Notes: generated by a model not told the origin, from the letters alone. A stretch of DNA of 64,000 bases from Nitrospirota bacterium (GCA_963818475.1 CAWFSF010000006.1:1216001-1280000), one strand, 5' to 3'; shown: positions 22,125 through 33,754, numbered from the stretch's first letter. A program made the numbers and translations.

Positions 22125-22937
22125 TTAAAAAGTATGCTTTCCAACGTTTATCCGGCTGATGATAAAAAAGCTGATCAACACGAGCACGAATCCGAAGATC
22201 GTGAGAAGTGCCATTTTCTTTCCGCGCCAGCCGATCGTCCGCAGGTGCAGGAACGCCAGGTACACGACCCAGATGATGAGCGACGACGTTTCTTTCGGCG
22301 ACCAGCTCCAGTAGGTCCCCCAAGCGCTGTTCGCCCAGATTGCGCCGGTGATCATGCCGAGCGTGAACAGGGGCCAGCCGATGGTGAGCGCCTTATATCC
22401 CAAGGTGTCCATGATGTCGAGCGAAGGCAGGCGGTGAAAAATGGCGCCAAGACGCTTTGCTTTAAGCTGCCGTTCCTGCATCAGGTACATGATCGATATG
22501 ATGAAGGCAAAGGCAAAGGCCGATTCACCCAGAATGGAGAAGCTGGTATGGATGCCGAGCCAGCCGCTTTTGAGGACCGGATCGAGCTCTTTGATATCCC
22601 CCGAGAGGATGAAGGCCGGCGCCATGAGGACGAGCACCAGGGGAAGCATGAACGACCCGAGCGCGGCGATCTTGAACCGGAATTCCATGACCAGAAACAC
22701 CAGCATGATGCCCATGCCGAGGAAATTTGCCGCCTCGAAAAAACCGGTCACCGGAATGCGGCCCGATTCGGTCCATCTGAAGGAGAAGTAGGCGAGATGG
22801 AACAGAAAACCGGCGACCGCCACCCAGAGCGATTTTTCGGCCACCTGCTTGAGGTCAGGCTTGATAAAGTATGTTACGTACCCTGTTGCGGCAAGGAGGT
22901 ACGCCCCGATAGCGGCTTGAAAAAAGTAGAGGTTCAT
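22125..22937 (-). CDS. ccsA: Cytochrome c assembly protein (CcsA/ResC family)
   Basis: Multiple TM helices; Trp-rich motif GAIWANSAWGTYWSWSPKET; heads the hem operon. Confidence 0.9.
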   Translation of the reverse strand: MNLYFFQAAIGAYLLAATGYVTYFIKPDLKQVAEKSLWVAVAGFLFHLAYFSFRWTESGRIPVTGFFEAANFLGMGIMLVFLVMEFRFKIAALGSFMLPLVLVLMAPAFILSGDIKELDPVLKSGWLGIHTSFSILGESAFAFAFIISIMYLMQERQLKAKRLGAIFHRLPSLDIMDTLGYKALTIGWPLFTLGMITGAIWANSAWGTYWSWSPKETSSLIIWVVYLAFLHLRTIGWRGKKMALLTIFGFVLVLISFFIISRINVGKHTF

Positions 22938-23068
22938 TCAGGCTCTTCCCCGGTGAGGTTCCGTCACATAAAGTTGATTATAATACTTTCTAATGCCACT
23001 GAAAGTCAAGGGAAAAACAGGTTTGGATCAGGCCGCGTCCCGACAGCGGTGGTGCATACGACAGAAGA

Positions 23069-23740
23069 TCAACGTTCCTGCACCAGACTGCCCTCGACCA
23101 TCCTGAAAACCCGGTCTGCGCGAATGGCGAGCTTATCATTGTGCGTTACGATCACAAAGGTGATGCCTTGCTCACGGTTGACGCCCTGCAGAAGCTCATG
23201 CACCGCTTCGCCCGTGTGAGCATCGAGGTTCCCGGTCGGTTCATCGGCAAGGATAACATCAGGGGTAAGCAAGAGAGCACGTGCCACGGCAACGCGCTGC
23301 TGCTCGCCGCCGGACAGTTCGCCGGGGCGGTGGTGAAGCCGGGCGCCCAGCCCCACATCGGCCAGGACCGCCGATGCGGCGGCAACGGCCTTATCCCGGT
23401 CAGTGCCACGGATCAGGTCCGGCATCATGACGTTCTCGATCGCCGAAAACTCAGGAAGCAGATGATGGAATTGAAACACGAAACCGACGCGTTCGTTGCG
23501 GAAGCGCGCGACCCGGTCGTTGCTCAAGGCATACACGTCCAGATCGCCATAGATCACCCTGCCGCCGGTCGGGCGCTCCAGCCCCCCCACGATATGGAGG
23601 AACGTACTCTTCCCGACGCCCGAAGCACCCACAATGGCGATCATCTCCCCTTTGCGGATATCGAGATCGATGCCGTCCAGGACATGGAGCTCCACCTGAC
23701 CGCTTAAGAAGGTCTTGCGGAGCTGCTCGATATGGATCAA
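23069..23740 (-). CDS. lolD: Lipoprotein-releasing ABC transporter ATPase
   Basis: [37 protein letters not shown]. Confidence 0.92.
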   Translation of the reverse strand: MIHIEQLRKTFLSGQVELHVLDGIDLDIRKGEMIAIVGASGVGKSTFLHIVGGLERPTGGRVIYGDLDVYALSNDRVARFRNERVGFVFQFHHLLPEFSAIENVMMPDLIRGTDRDKAVAAASAVLADVGLGARLHHRPGELSGGEQQRVAVARALLLTPDVILADEPTGNLDAHTGEAVHELLQGVNREQGITFVIVTHNDKLAIRADRVFRMVEGSLVQER

Positions 23741-23748
23741 AGGAGGTA

Positions 23749-23988
23749 TTATTTCTTGTCTCCCGTCGAAACAGACTCTTTCACCTTATCCACCTTCTTT
23801 TCGATCGTCGCTGCCTGCTCTTCCACCTTCTGTTTGATTGACTCTGCCTGTTCGCCTGCTCCTTCAATTTTCTTTCCAGCCGATTTCAGCAGGTCTGCGC
23901 CGCCGAACAAAATGAAAACGATCAGTGCCAGCGAGAGCAGGATCAGGATCAATAAAAATCTTTTCACGGTACCGCCTTTTTGCGCCAT
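23749..23988 (-). CDS. Small membrane-anchored coiled-coil protein (hypothetical)
   Basis: N-terminal TM helix then Lys/Glu-rich helix; fills the gap between lolC/E and lolD. Confidence 0.65.
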   Translation of the reverse strand: MAQKGGTVKRFLLILILLSLALIVFILFGGADLLKSAGKKIEGAGEQAESIKQKVEEQAATIEKKVDKVKESVSTGDKK

Positions 23989-24046
23989 TGGGTCCCTCCA
24001 GGAGCTGTAGAATTTAACTCAAAATAGAGCCGCGCCTGCTGCGGCC

Positions 24047-25279
24047 TTATTCATATCTCAACACTTCCACAGGGTCCTGCTTCGCCGCCTGCCACGACGG
24101 ATAGAGCGTCGCCAGAAAGCTGATGCCGAGCGCCGTGATTGATATGAACAGAACGTCCAGCGGCGTGATCGAAAGCGGTAAATGGCTCACCTGGTATACG
24201 TCCTTCGGCAGCGTTATCACCCCGGTCCTGGTGATGACGGCAACAGCGCCGTACCCGATGGCCGAGCCGATGGCCGTCCCCACGGACCCGATGACCAGCC
24301 CGGCGAACATGAAGATCTGCATGATGCTGCGGGAAGAAGCGCCCATGGACTTCAGGATGGCGATCTCGCGGCTTTTTTCCATGACGATCATGGTCAGGGT
24401 GCCGATGATGTTGAAGGACGCCACGATGATGATCACCACCAGGATGAGCGACATGCCGATTTTCTCGAGCTTCAGCGCCGAGAAAAAGTTCTTGTTCATC
24501 TCGACCCAGTTTCGTGTGTAGTAGGGATACCCCGCCGCGGCCTGGATGTCGCGCCCGATCTCTTCGGCATTATAGATCTCATCGACCCTGACCTGGACCC
24601 CGCTGACGCGGCCCGGCATGTCGAAGAATTTCTGCGCCTCGGGCAGCGAGATGTACACAAAGCCGGTGTTATAGTCATACATGCCCGCGTCAAAGATGCC
24701 CACCAGCTGAAATTTCCTCAGTTTTGGCACCATCCCCATGGCGGTCTCTTCGCCGACAGGGTTCACCATAGTGAGCGTATCGCCGATCGACATCCCGAAC
24801 TTGCGCGCCAGGTCTTCGCCGATCACGATGCCCGGGGTCTTTTCAGCATGCTCAAGCCCGAGCAAAGAGCCGGCGGTCATGTTCTTTTCCAGGCTCGTTA
24901 CCGTCCCTTCCTTTCGGGGATCAATGCCGCGCACGACGACCCCCTGCACGCGGTCCCGGTTGGTGAGCATGGCCTGGCTGATGATAAAGGGCGTCGTTGC
25001 CGTCACGTGCGCTACGCGGCCGATCTTTTCTTCAAGCGGCTTGATGTCTTTAACGCCGGCGCCGGAATATTCCATAACGACCACATGGGAGATGGCAGAG
25101 AGGATCTTGTCTCGGAAATACCCCTGAAAGCCCGTCATGACCGAAAGCGTGATGATGGACGTGGCAACGCCGATGACCACGCCGGCGATGGAGATGAAGG
25201 TATTGAGCGATACCGTGCCGTGCCGCTTTTTGGTCTTCAGATAGCGCAGGCTGACGAATATTTCAAAAGGGATTTTCAT
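24047..25279 (-). CDS. lolE: Lipoprotein-releasing ABC transporter permease LolC/E
   Basis: SLRYLK, LSVMTGF, VMEKSREIAILKSMGA, ATLYPSWQAA...LRYE. Confidence 0.9.
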   Translation of the reverse strand: MKIPFEIFVSLRYLKTKKRHGTVSLNTFISIAGVVIGVATSIITLSVMTGFQGYFRDKILSAISHVVVMEYSGAGVKDIKPLEEKIGRVAHVTATTPFIISQAMLTNRDRVQGVVVRGIDPRKEGTVTSLEKNMTAGSLLGLEHAEKTPGIVIGEDLARKFGMSIGDTLTMVNPVGEETAMGMVPKLRKFQLVGIFDAGMYDYNTGFVYISLPEAQKFFDMPGRVSGVQVRVDEIYNAEEIGRDIQAAAGYPYYTRNWVEMNKNFFSALKLEKIGMSLILVVIIIVASFNIIGTLTMIVMEKSREIAILKSMGASSRSIMQIFMFAGLVIGSVGTAIGSAIGYGAVAVITRTGVITLPKDVYQVSHLPLSITPLDVLFISITALGISFLATLYPSWQAAKQDPVEVLRYE

Positions 25280-25338
25280 AGTAGATTATCGTAACCACCA
25301 AAGTTCACAAATAATTACGAATAAAGCGGTCGGCAAAC

Positions 25339-25369
25339 ATTCCGCAATCCGCAATCCGAAATCCGCAAT
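25339..25369. repeat. Heptamer tandem repeat (ATCCGCA type)
   Basis: ATTCCGCAATCCGCAATCCGAAATCCGCAAT immediately after the lysS stop; related reverse-complement copy at about 53881-53907 after polA. Confidence 0.8.
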
Positions 25370-25370
25370 G

Positions 25371-26849
25371 CTACTTTTCCTTCTTCATCTGCGGGAAAAG
25401 TATCACGTCGCGGATCGAGTTCGACCCGGTCAGCAGCATCACCAACCGGTCAATGCCAATGCCTTCGCCTGCAGCAGGCGGCATGCCGTGCTCAAGGGCG
25501 CGGATAAAGTCCTCATCCATCTGGTGAGCCTCATCGTCGCCTGCCTCCCGTTCGTTCACCTGGTTGAGGAAGCGGTTCTTCTGGTCGACCGGATCATTCA
25601 GCTCGGAAAACGCGTTGGCAAGCTCCCTGCCGACCACGAACAGCTCGAAGCGTTCCACAAAGGCCGGATCGTCCACGCGTTTTTTCGAAAGCGGCGAGAT
25701 GTCCGTGGGGTAGTCGGTAACAAAGGTCGGCTGGATGAGCTTCGGCTCGACCAGGGCCTCGAATATCTCGTTCAGCAGTTTGCCCAGCGGCTCCCCTCCC
25801 GTGATCTTCGCGCCAAGCTTTTTGGCATACTCGCGCGCTTTATCTACGTCGGTCAGGACCTCCGGCGGTACGCCGGCCTCGCGGAGCGTGTCGAGATAGG
25901 TGATCCGTTTCCAGGGAGCTGCCAGGCTGATCTTGTGCCCTTCCGATTCGACCTCGGTCGTGCCGAGGACCTCCATCGCCACCGAGCTGATCATCTGCTC
26001 GGTCAGGTCCATGAGGTCCTGGTAATCGGCGTAGGCGGTATAGAACTCGAGCATGGTGAACTCGGGATTGTGGCGCGTCGAGATACCCTCGTTTCGAAAA
26101 TTCCTGTTGATCTCGTACACGCGCTCGAAACCGCCCACCAGCAGCCGTTTGAGGTACAGTTCAGGCGCGATCCGGAGAAAGAGGTCCATGTCGAGCGCAT
26201 TGTGATGAGTTTTGAAAGGCCTGGCAGTCGCCCCGCCGGGAATGGACTGCATCATCGGCGTTTCCACCTCCAGGTATCCCCTGCTGTTCAGGTACTGGCG
26301 GATGGCCTGCACGATCCTGGTCCTGAGGACAAAGACCTTTTTCACCTCGGGATTGACGATGAGGTCGACATAACGCTGCCGGTAACGGATCTCCACATCG
26401 GTCAAGCCGTGCCATTTTTCAGGAAGCGGACGCAGTGATTTGGCGAGCAGCGTGAATTTCTCCACATCGATCGTCAGTTCGTTCGTTTTCGTGCGGAACA
26501 GGAAACCCGTGATGCCGATGAAGTCACCGATATCGAGCTTTTTAAAAAGAGCATGCAGGTCATCGCCAATGGTATTCTTCTGAACGTACAGCTGGATCCT
26601 GCCCGTGCCGTCCTGGATATGGCAGAAGGCTGCCTTGCCGAAGCTCCTGAGCGCAACAAGCCGGCCCGCCAGAGAGACCGTGACCCTGTTCGCTTCAAGC
26701 TCCTCCTTGGACGTCGCACCGTAGGTCTCTTCGAGAAGCAGCGCCTTCGAGGTCGTTTCGAACTTGCCGGCGTAAGGCTGTATGCCCATCTCGCTGATCT
26801 CAGCAAGTTTCTTGAACCGCTGCTGGATCAGGTCGTTGTAGTCTTCCAT
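25371..26849 (-). CDS. lysS: Lysine--tRNA ligase (class II)
   Basis: PLPEKWHGL, YRQRYVDLI, FRNEGISTRHNPEFTMLE, GIGIDRLVMLLT. Confidence 0.99.
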   Translation of the reverse strand: MEDYNDLIQQRFKKLAEISEMGIQPYAGKFETTSKALLLEETYGATSKEELEANRVTVSLAGRLVALRSFGKAAFCHIQDGTGRIQLYVQKNTIGDDLHALFKKLDIGDFIGITGFLFRTKTNELTIDVEKFTLLAKSLRPLPEKWHGLTDVEIRYRQRYVDLIVNPEVKKVFVLRTRIVQAIRQYLNSRGYLEVETPMMQSIPGGATARPFKTHHNALDMDLFLRIAPELYLKRLLVGGFERVYEINRNFRNEGISTRHNPEFTMLEFYTAYADYQDLMDLTEQMISSVAMEVLGTTEVESEGHKISLAAPWKRITYLDTLREAGVPPEVLTDVDKAREYAKKLGAKITGGEPLGKLLNEIFEALVEPKLIQPTFVTDYPTDISPLSKKRVDDPAFVERFELFVVGRELANAFSELNDPVDQKNRFLNQVNEREAGDDEAHQMDEDFIRALEHGMPPAAGEGIGIDRLVMLLTGSNSIRDVILFPQMKKEK

Positions 26850-26903
26850 CGATGTTTCCTTTCATCCTTAAAACGCATATATATCCTGCAAGAAGAACAG
26901 GTT

Positions 26904-27787
26904 CTAACCCGCCAGCATGGCCAGCACTTCAAGATACTTCTCGCTCGTTCTTTCTTACGACGTCATCAGGAAGTGTCGGCGCGGGCGGCCGCTGGTCCCA
27001 TTTGAGCGACAGCAGATAGTCCCGGACGAATTGCTTGTCAAAGCTCTTTTGCACAACGCCTTCCCGGTAATCGGCCTTGGGCCAGAACCGTGACGAGTCA
27101 GGAGTGAGCACCTCATCGATCAGGATGACCTCATTGTTATAAATGCCGAACTCGAATTTGGTATCGGCAATAATGATCCCCTTGGCCTCGGCAAGAGCGC
27201 AGGCACGGCTGTAGACCCCCAGCGTATACTGTTTTATCTTCTTGGCAACGTCCTGCCCCACGAGCTTCACCACGGTTGCAAAATCGATGTTTTCATCATG
27301 TTCGCCGACCTCGGCTTTCGTCGAAGGAGTGAATATTGGCTCAGGCAGCCGTGATGCCTCGGTCAGGCCTGCGGGAAGCTTGATGCCGCTGACGGAGCCG
27401 GACACCCGGTACTCTTTCAGCCCTGATCCGGTCAAATACCCCCTGACAATGCACTCCACGGGAAGCGGCCGGGATTTCTTGACGAGCATGCTTCTTCCTT
27501 CGAGGATGGCGGCGTGGGGCCTGCACACAGCCGGATATTCGCGTACGTCCGTGGATATCAGGTGATTGGGAACGATCGCTTCCGTCTGGGCGAACCAGAA
27601 TTTGGATATCTGGGTGAGCACACGCCCTTTTTCGGGAACCGCGTTCGGGAGTACGACATCGAAGGCCGAGATCCTGTCCGTGGCCACGATCAACAGCGTG
27701 TCGCCCAGGTCATAGATATCGCGCACTTTTCCGCGTTTCGGCGGTCGTAGTCCGGCTAAGATCAGTCTCCAGTACCAGTGGCGTCAT
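26904..27787 (-). CDS. purC: SAICAR synthase (frameshifts near both ends)
   Basis: [44 protein letters not shown]; termini recovered manually in adjacent frames. Confidence 0.93.
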
Positions 27788-27789
27788 CG

Positions 27790-29103
27790 TCAGGTTCCTT
27801 TCTCTTGGTTCTCCGGGGCATACTTGAGCACCCGTATTCGGGCGATCCTGTTCTTCCGAAGCCGGAGGACGGTGAACTGCAGATTATCATACCGAACCTG
27901 GTCGCCCTCCACCGGCAGCTTGCCGAAAAGGCCGAGCACAAAACCGCCTACGGTCTCAAATTCGTCTTCCGGCAGCGTGACTCCTAGTGTCTCGTTCAGT
28001 TTGCCGATATCGGTCCTGCCTTCGACGATATAGCGGTTCGCCGCAACCTCGTCGATCTCGCGGAGTTCAGCTCCTTGTTCATCGCGGACATCCCCGACGA
28101 GCTCCTCGATAAGGTCTTCCATCGTAACCAGACCGTCGGTCCCGCCGTATTCGTCTCCTACCAGAACCAGGTGGATGCGCCGCTCGCGCATTTCCCTGAG
28201 CAGCACGCTCACGTTCTTGTTCGGCGGAACAATATAGGGCTTGCGCAGAACGCTTTCAACCTGGAACGGCTGCTTTGACAGATGGAGCGGCAGAAGGTCA
28301 TTAAGATATACCACACCGATGATGTTATCGATGGTCTCGGCATAGACCGGCAGGCGCGAGAACCCATTTTCGTTCATGGTCCGGAGGATGGTGTCGATAT
28401 CGGTTGCAGCTTCGACAGCAATGATCTCGATCCGGGGGACCATCACTTCCTTCACGACCGTGTCGGTGAAACGGAACACGCTGTGGATCAGGTCTTCTTC
28501 GGACGTTTCGAATATTCCGCTCTTGCGCCCCTCCCGGATAAGGAACTTGACCTCATCCTCGGATACATAAGACGGCTCCCGCTCGCCCGGTGAAGTGAAC
28601 AGGCCGAGCACAAAATTATTTGAAAGCGTAAGGATCCTCAGAACCCAGTGAAACAACCGGGAAAGAATTTCTATTGGCCCGGAGGTGGCCGATGCGATCT
28701 TTTCAGAATACCGGATCGCCAAAGACTTGGGCACCAGCTCGCCGAACACAAGGGTAAAATAGGTTATCAAGCTTACCACGATCCCGACAGCCAGCGGTTC
28801 AGCGGCCTTTTGCACGAATTCGAGCGGGACGGCGGCAAAAACGGGCTTTATTCGCTCAATAGCGATCACGCCGCCCAGGGTGGCAGCCAGCGTCCCGATA
28901 AGGGTTACGCCGATCTGGACCGTAGCGAGGAACCGTTCCGGCTCCTCCTGAAGCTTCTGGATCCTCCGTGCTATGGGGTTGCCGCTTTTGACGAGGTGCC
29001 GGACGCGGCTCCTGCGCAATGAGATCAGGGATATTTCAGCCGCTGAAAAATAACCGTTGAGCAGGATCAGGAGAAAAATCAATGAAAGTTCAAGAAACAG
29101 CAT
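27790..29103 (-). CDS. HlyC/CorC (CNNM) family protein with DUF21, CBS and CorC domains
   Basis: NGYFSAAEISL, FGELVPKSLA, VKEVMVPR, DEYGGTDGLVTMEDLIEELVG. Confidence 0.92.
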   Translation of the reverse strand: MLFLELSLIFLLILLNGYFSAAEISLISLRRSRVRHLVKSGNPIARRIQKLQEEPERFLATVQIGVTLIGTLAATLGGVIAIERIKPVFAAVPLEFVQKAAEPLAVGIVVSLITYFTLVFGELVPKSLAIRYSEKIASATSGPIEILSRLFHWVLRILTLSNNFVLGLFTSPGEREPSYVSEDEVKFLIREGRKSGIFETSEEDLIHSVFRFTDTVVKEVMVPRIEIIAVEAATDIDTILRTMNENGFSRLPVYAETIDNIIGVVYLNDLLPLHLSKQPFQVESVLRKPYIVPPNKNVSVLLREMRERRIHLVLVGDEYGGTDGLVTMEDLIEELVGDVRDEQGAELREIDEVAANRYIVEGRTDIGKLNETLGVTLPEDEFETVGGFVLGLFGKLPVEGDQVRYDNLQFTVLRLRKNRIARIRVLKYAPENQEKGT

Positions 29104-29143
29104 AATTGGTCAAGGTAAAGAGCGTGCAGAGAGCGCAGGCGCT

Positions 29144-30613
29144 TTAAAATCCATATTCCTTCCAGCGTGCTTCAACCTTCTGCTGGACCTGCGGGTCCAT
29201 TTTTATCTCATCGGGCCAGGACCGGGTAAACCCTTCGCCCGGGCCCTTGCGCGTTGCATCGATCCCCATCTTGCCGCCGAAGCCGATCTGCGGGCAGGAG
29301 TGATCAAGGATGTCGAGCGGGCCGTCGGTAATGACCACGTCCCGCTGCGGGTCCACATGGTTCATGACCTTCCAGGTCACTTCTGAATAGTCGTGAATGT
29401 TCACATCCTCATCGCAAACGATCACGAATTTGGAGAGCATGAGCATTCCCGTGCCCCATATCGTGTGGATCACCTTCTTGCCGTGTCCGGCATATCGTTT
29501 TCTGATCTTGACGATCACGTTGTTGTGGAACACCCCTTCGACGGGCATGTCCATATCGAGGATATCGGGCGCCACCATCTGCAGGAGCGGCAAGAAGATC
29601 CGCTCCGTTGCCTTGCCGATATACGCATCTTCCTGGGGAGGGCGGCCGACCAGCGTTGCAGGATAGATGGCGTCTTTCCGGTGGGTGATCGCCGTTACAT
29701 GGAAAACGGGATATTCGTCCGCTTCAGAGTAATAGCCGGTATGGTCGCCGAAAGGCCCCTCGATCCGGCGTTCCCGGGGTTCCACGTAGCCTTCGAGCAC
29801 GAACTCCGCCTCAGCCGGCACCCGCAGGTCGATCGTTTTGCACTGCACGACCTCGAGGGGCTGTTTTCGCAAAAAACCGGCAAAGATGAACTCGCCTATG
29901 GCCGGCGGCAGCGGCGCTGTCGACGCATAGATGATCGAGGGATCGCCGCCAAGGGCGACGGCCACCTCCATGCGCTTGCCCGCGGCCTCATACTGCTGGT
30001 AGTGACGCGCCCCGTCCTTATGCTTATGCCAGTGCATACCGGTCGTCCGACGGTCGAAGACCTGCAGGCGGTACATGCCCACATTGGTGATCCTGGTGGC
30101 AGCATCGAGCGTGCAGACCATGGGAAGCGTTATGAACCGCCCGCCGTCAGCCGGCCAGCACTTGAGCACCGGAATGCGCGTCAGGTCGACCTGATCGCCG
30201 GTCAGCACCACTTCCTGGCAGGGGGCCTTTTTGACGGTCTTGGGGAAAAATCCGGACAGTTCGGCAAGTTTGGGCAGCATCTGGATCTTATCCATGATGC
30301 CGGCGCCGGGACCGGGAAAGAGATTGATCGGATCGACGATGTCCTTGATGCGCTGACCGACCTCGTCCAGGCTCCCGACCTCAAGCCCGAGGCACATCCG
30401 CTTCATGGACCCGAAAGCGTTCGTGAGCACCGGAAAGGGCGAACCCTTGACCCGTTCAAAGAACAGCGCCTTGTTCCGGCTCCCCTTTTCCTTCGATACC
30501 CGGTCCGTTATTTCGGCGATCTCAAGCTCGGCGTCAACCTCGGCCTTGATCCTGATCAGTTCGCCGTTTTTTTCAAGCGCAGCTATGAAATCCCGCAGAT
30601 TATCGTATGCCAT
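29144..30613 (-). CDS. UbiD-family decarboxylase (probably futalosine-pathway menaquinone type)
   Basis: NVGMYRLQ, EGPFGDHTGYY, GKMGIDATRK. Confidence 0.9.
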   Translation of the reverse strand: MAYDNLRDFIAALEKNGELIRIKAEVDAELEIAEITDRVSKEKGSRNKALFFERVKGSPFPVLTNAFGSMKRMCLGLEVGSLDEVGQRIKDIVDPINLFPGPGAGIMDKIQMLPKLAELSGFFPKTVKKAPCQEVVLTGDQVDLTRIPVLKCWPADGGRFITLPMVCTLDAATRITNVGMYRLQVFDRRTTGMHWHKHKDGARHYQQYEAAGKRMEVAVALGGDPSIIYASTAPLPPAIGEFIFAGFLRKQPLEVVQCKTIDLRVPAEAEFVLEGYVEPRERRIEGPFGDHTGYYSEADEYPVFHVTAITHRKDAIYPATLVGRPPQEDAYIGKATERIFLPLLQMVAPDILDMDMPVEGVFHNNVIVKIRKRYAGHGKKVIHTIWGTGMLMLSKFVIVCDEDVNIHDYSEVTWKVMNHVDPQRDVVITDGPLDILDHSCPQIGFGGKMGIDATRKGPGEGFTRSWPDEIKMDPQVQQKVEARWKEYGF

Positions 30614-30671
30614 AGAAAGTCGATTCTAGCGGAATCAGACAGGTTTTGCAATCAAAAACTCCTGCGGAACG

Positions 30672-32036
30672 CTAGGAAGATTCATACTTTTGCAGCCGGT
30701 GCCTGAATGACCTGAAGGACAGGCCCAGCAGTTTTGCCGCCTCGGTCTTTACCCCCCCCGATTTTTCCAGGGCTTTTTGAAGCAGGGTCCGTTCGGCATT
30801 TTCAAGCAGCTCTTCCATGTTCAATCCTGTATCAGGAATGTCCATGGGGATCAGTTCTGGACAAACGGTGGTCGTTTTCAGCGAGTCAGGAATGTGGTCA
30901 ACCTTTATAGTGTCCCCGGATGCCAGGATAACGAGGCGTTCGATGGTGTTTTCCAGTTCTCGGACGTTGCCGGGCCAGCGATAGCTCATGAAAAACTTCA
31001 AAGCGTCGCCGGTTATTTTTTTTGGTTCCTTGCCGGTCGACGTAAACTTGTTAAGAAAATGTTCGACCAGTACGGCAATGTCTTCCTTCCGTTCCCGAAG
31101 CGGCGGAAGATGGATCGGAATGACGTTCAGGCGGTAATAAAGGTCCTCCCGGAACGTGCCTTTCGCGACCTCGGCCTGCAGGTCCCTATTGCTTGCAGCA
31201 ATGACGCGGACATCCACCTTGATCTCAGTTGTCCCGCCGACCCGCATAAAGGTGCGCTCCTGGATCACCCGTAGCAGCTTGATCTGGAGATTCAGCGTGG
31301 TAGCGCTGATCTCGTCGAGGAAGATTGTTCCGCCGTTGGCCGCCTCAAACAAGCCCTGCTTGTTCGACGTTGCTCCCGTAAACGACCCCTTCATGTAGCC
31401 GAACAATTCGCTCTCTAACAACGTCTCCGGCAAGGCACCGCAGTTTACCGTCACGAAGGGTTTGTCCTTTCGCGCACTGCTGTAGTGAACCGCACGTGCA
31501 ACCAGTTCCTTGCCCGTCCCGCTCTCGCCGGAGATCAGCACCGTGCTTTTTGTGTCCGCCACCTGCCTGACCAGAGTGAAAACTTTCTGCATGGCCGCGC
31601 TTTTACCGACAAAATTCTCGAACCCGGCCCGCGACGCGATCTCCCGCTTAAGCAGGATGTTCTCTTTCCTCAGGTCGCGTTTTTCAAGGGCTTTTTGAAT
31701 GATGAGCTTGATCTCGTCAACTTTGAACGGCTTGGTGATGTAATCGTAGGCGCCCAGTTTCATGGCCTGAACCGCAGCATCCGTCGTGGCAAAGGCGGTA
31801 ATGACGATCACGACCGTTTCAGGCGAGACCTCCTTGATCGTCCGAAGCACCTCGATGCCGTCGATCTTTGGCATTTTGACATCAGTGATGACGAGGTCAT
31901 AGATCTCGGTGTGTATCGCCTTGAGCGCATGCTCCCCGTTCGCGGCTGCTACCACCTCATAGCCTTCTTTTTTCAGCATGATCGAGAGAAAATCGCGCAT
32001 GCCCTGTTCATCATCTATGACGAGTATCCGGTTCAT
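30672..32036 (-). CDS. pilR: Sigma54-dependent response regulator PilR
   Basis: REC domain, [32 protein letters not shown]-terminal HTH; follows pilS. Confidence 0.9.
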   Translation of the reverse strand: MNRILVIDDEQGMRDFLSIMLKKEGYEVVAAANGEHALKAIHTEIYDLVITDVKMPKIDGIEVLRTIKEVSPETVVIVITAFATTDAAVQAMKLGAYDYITKPFKVDEIKLIIQKALEKRDLRKENILLKREIASRAGFENFVGKSAAMQKVFTLVRQVADTKSTVLISGESGTGKELVARAVHYSSARKDKPFVTVNCGALPETLLESELFGYMKGSFTGATSNKQGLFEAANGGTIFLDEISATTLNLQIKLLRVIQERTFMRVGGTTEIKVDVRVIAASNRDLQAEVAKGTFREDLYYRLNVIPIHLPPLRERKEDIAVLVEHFLNKFTSTGKEPKKITGDALKFFMSYRWPGNVRELENTIERLVILASGDTIKVDHIPDSLKTTTVCPELIPMDIPDTGLNMEELLENAERTLLQKALEKSGGVKTEAAKLLGLSFRSFRHRLQKYESS

Positions 32037-33754
32037 GGCTGTCCGCTCTTCTGCAATCGTTCAGGGATGGCACTGCCTGCGGGGACCTCGATCCCCGGCA
32101 ATTTGATCGTGAATGCAGTGCCTCTGCCTGTCTGGCTCTCGACTTCGATGGTGCCGCCGTGGTCTTCGACGATGCGATAGACAATGGCGAGCCCAAGGCC
32201 TGTGCCTCCGGCGGAATCCTTAGTGGTGAAAAAGGGATCGAATATTTTATCAAGGTGCTCGGGAGCGATCCCGACGCCTGTATCGGCGACAACGATCCGG
32301 TACCAGGTTTCGTCATCCTTCCCCGGCATAGGTGACGCGCTTAGGGTGATCTCGCCTTGATCCGGGATCGCCTGACAGGCATTGATCAGCAGGTTCCAAA
32401 ATATCTGCCTGAGCCGCTGGGGATCGCCCTTGACCGCAGCATCGGCTTCGACAGTGCAGGTGATCGTGATCCCGTCCCGGTAGTCACGGCTGTTCTTGAG
32501 AAGCATCACTGTTTCGTTGAAAAGATCGGTAAGCAATACAGCGCTGGCATTGCCGACCGCCGGTGCGGCGGACAGATCGGCCTGCGGCCTGGCATATTCC
32601 AGGAACTCGGTAATGATGGTATTCAGCCGGTCGGTTTCGCTCAGGACAATATCCATGAGCTGTTTATTGTCTCCTTGCAGGTCAAGCTCACCCTGGAGCA
32701 CCTGAATGGAGCCGCTGATCGACCCGAGCGGGTTCCGGATCTCGTGTGCAATTCCCGCAGCCAGGCTGCCGACGGTTGCCAGGCGTTCCTGCCGGCGGAC
32801 CTGCTCTTCCATTTCCGTCATTTTTGTGATGTCCTGAAAAATGAGGATGATCCCGCGCACAACATCCTGTTCGTCCTTGAGCAGCGATGCCGTCATCCCC
32901 AATTGAACGAGGGTGCCTCCTTTTTTAACGATTTCACCGCGGAGGCGGTAGGGACGTTCTTTCAGGTTGTCGGTATGGCCAAAAAAACCTTTTATGCTCG
33001 TACCGAACACCTCCTGCAGCCTGTTCCTGATCTCGTCATGAGAATAGCCGGTAATAAATTCAGCTGCAGGGTTCCAGGAGGTGATACAGCCGGCCATGTC
33101 TGTTGTCAGGATGCCGCTTCCCACACTGCGAAGGATATGCTCCTGCAGCACCCGGAGGTCCGCAAAATCGATGTTTTTTTCATGAAGCTCCTGGCGTGTT
33201 TTCCTGAGACGATCGGAAAGATAGCCGCTCAGAAGCGCTACAGCATAAAACGAAAGAATATTGCTGAATACAAGATACAGAACCTGCAATGGGGTAAAAT
33301 TTGCGCTCTGTACAAAACCGAAGGCATTATAATACTGCATGTCGAGCATGCCGCCGTACAAAATGCTCGAGAGCGAAGCAGCAAGATAGCCGCCGCGCCG
33401 GTATAAAATGATGCTGCCGGAAATAATGACCAGATGATAGAGCGGGGAAAAAGCGCTGTCGATACCGCCGGTAATATACACCAGGATAGAAATGAGCAGG
33501 ATATCAATGGAGATCTGGAGGTAGGCAAAGAAGGCAAGATTCCTGATCTTCCGCAGAAGATACCAGTAGATGCCGGTCAGCAGATATACCAGCAGCACAA
33601 AGTAAATAAGGGATGCCGTGGGAAACGAATAGATCTTGTATCGCTGCTGAATAAAGATGAGCGTCCCCACCAGGAACGTCGTGAGGCCTATCCTGCTGGT
33701 GATCAGCCACTTGATGCGAATGAAATATTCTTCTCTTGAAAATTCCTGAGACAC
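32033..33754 (-). CDS. pilS: Sensor histidine kinase PilS
   Basis: N-terminal TM helices, PAS, AHEIRNPL, FDPFFTTK, GTGLGL; start taken at GTG 33754; follows pilC. Confidence 0.88.
   Translation of the reverse strand: MSQEFSREEYFIRIKWLITSRIGLTTFLVGTLIFIQQRYKIYSFPTASLIYFVLLVYLLTGIYWYLLRKIRNLAFFAYLQISIDILLISILVYITGGIDSAFSPLYHLVIISGSIILYRRGGYLAASLSSILYGGMLDMQYYNAFGFVQSANFTPLQVLYLVFSNILSFYAVALLSGYLSDRLRKTRQELHEKNIDFADLRVLQEHILRSVGSGILTTDMAGCITSWNPAAEFITGYSHDEIRNRLQEVFGTSIKGFFGHTDNLKERPYRLRGEIVKKGGTLVQLGMTASLLKDEQDVVRGIILIFQDITKMTEMEEQVRRQERLATVGSLAAGIAHEIRNPLGSISGSIQVLQGELDLQGDNKQLMDIVLSETDRLNTIITEFLEYARPQADLSAAPAVGNASAVLLTDLFNETVMLLKNSRDYRDGITITCTVEADAAVKGDPQRLRQIFWNLLINACQAIPDQGEITLSASPMPGKDDETWYRIVVADTGVGIAPEHLDKIFDPFFTTKDSAGGTGLGLAIVYRIVEDHGGTIEVESQTGRGTAFTIKLPGIEVPAGSAIPERLQKSGQP

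Noticed and set aside
18239-33406. Long plus-strand ORFs (e.g. 18239-19432, 22083-23219, 25368-26438, 29393-30706, 32357-33406)
   Set aside because: Antisense shadows of well-identified minus-strand genes in GC-rich DNA, with no recognisable motifs.
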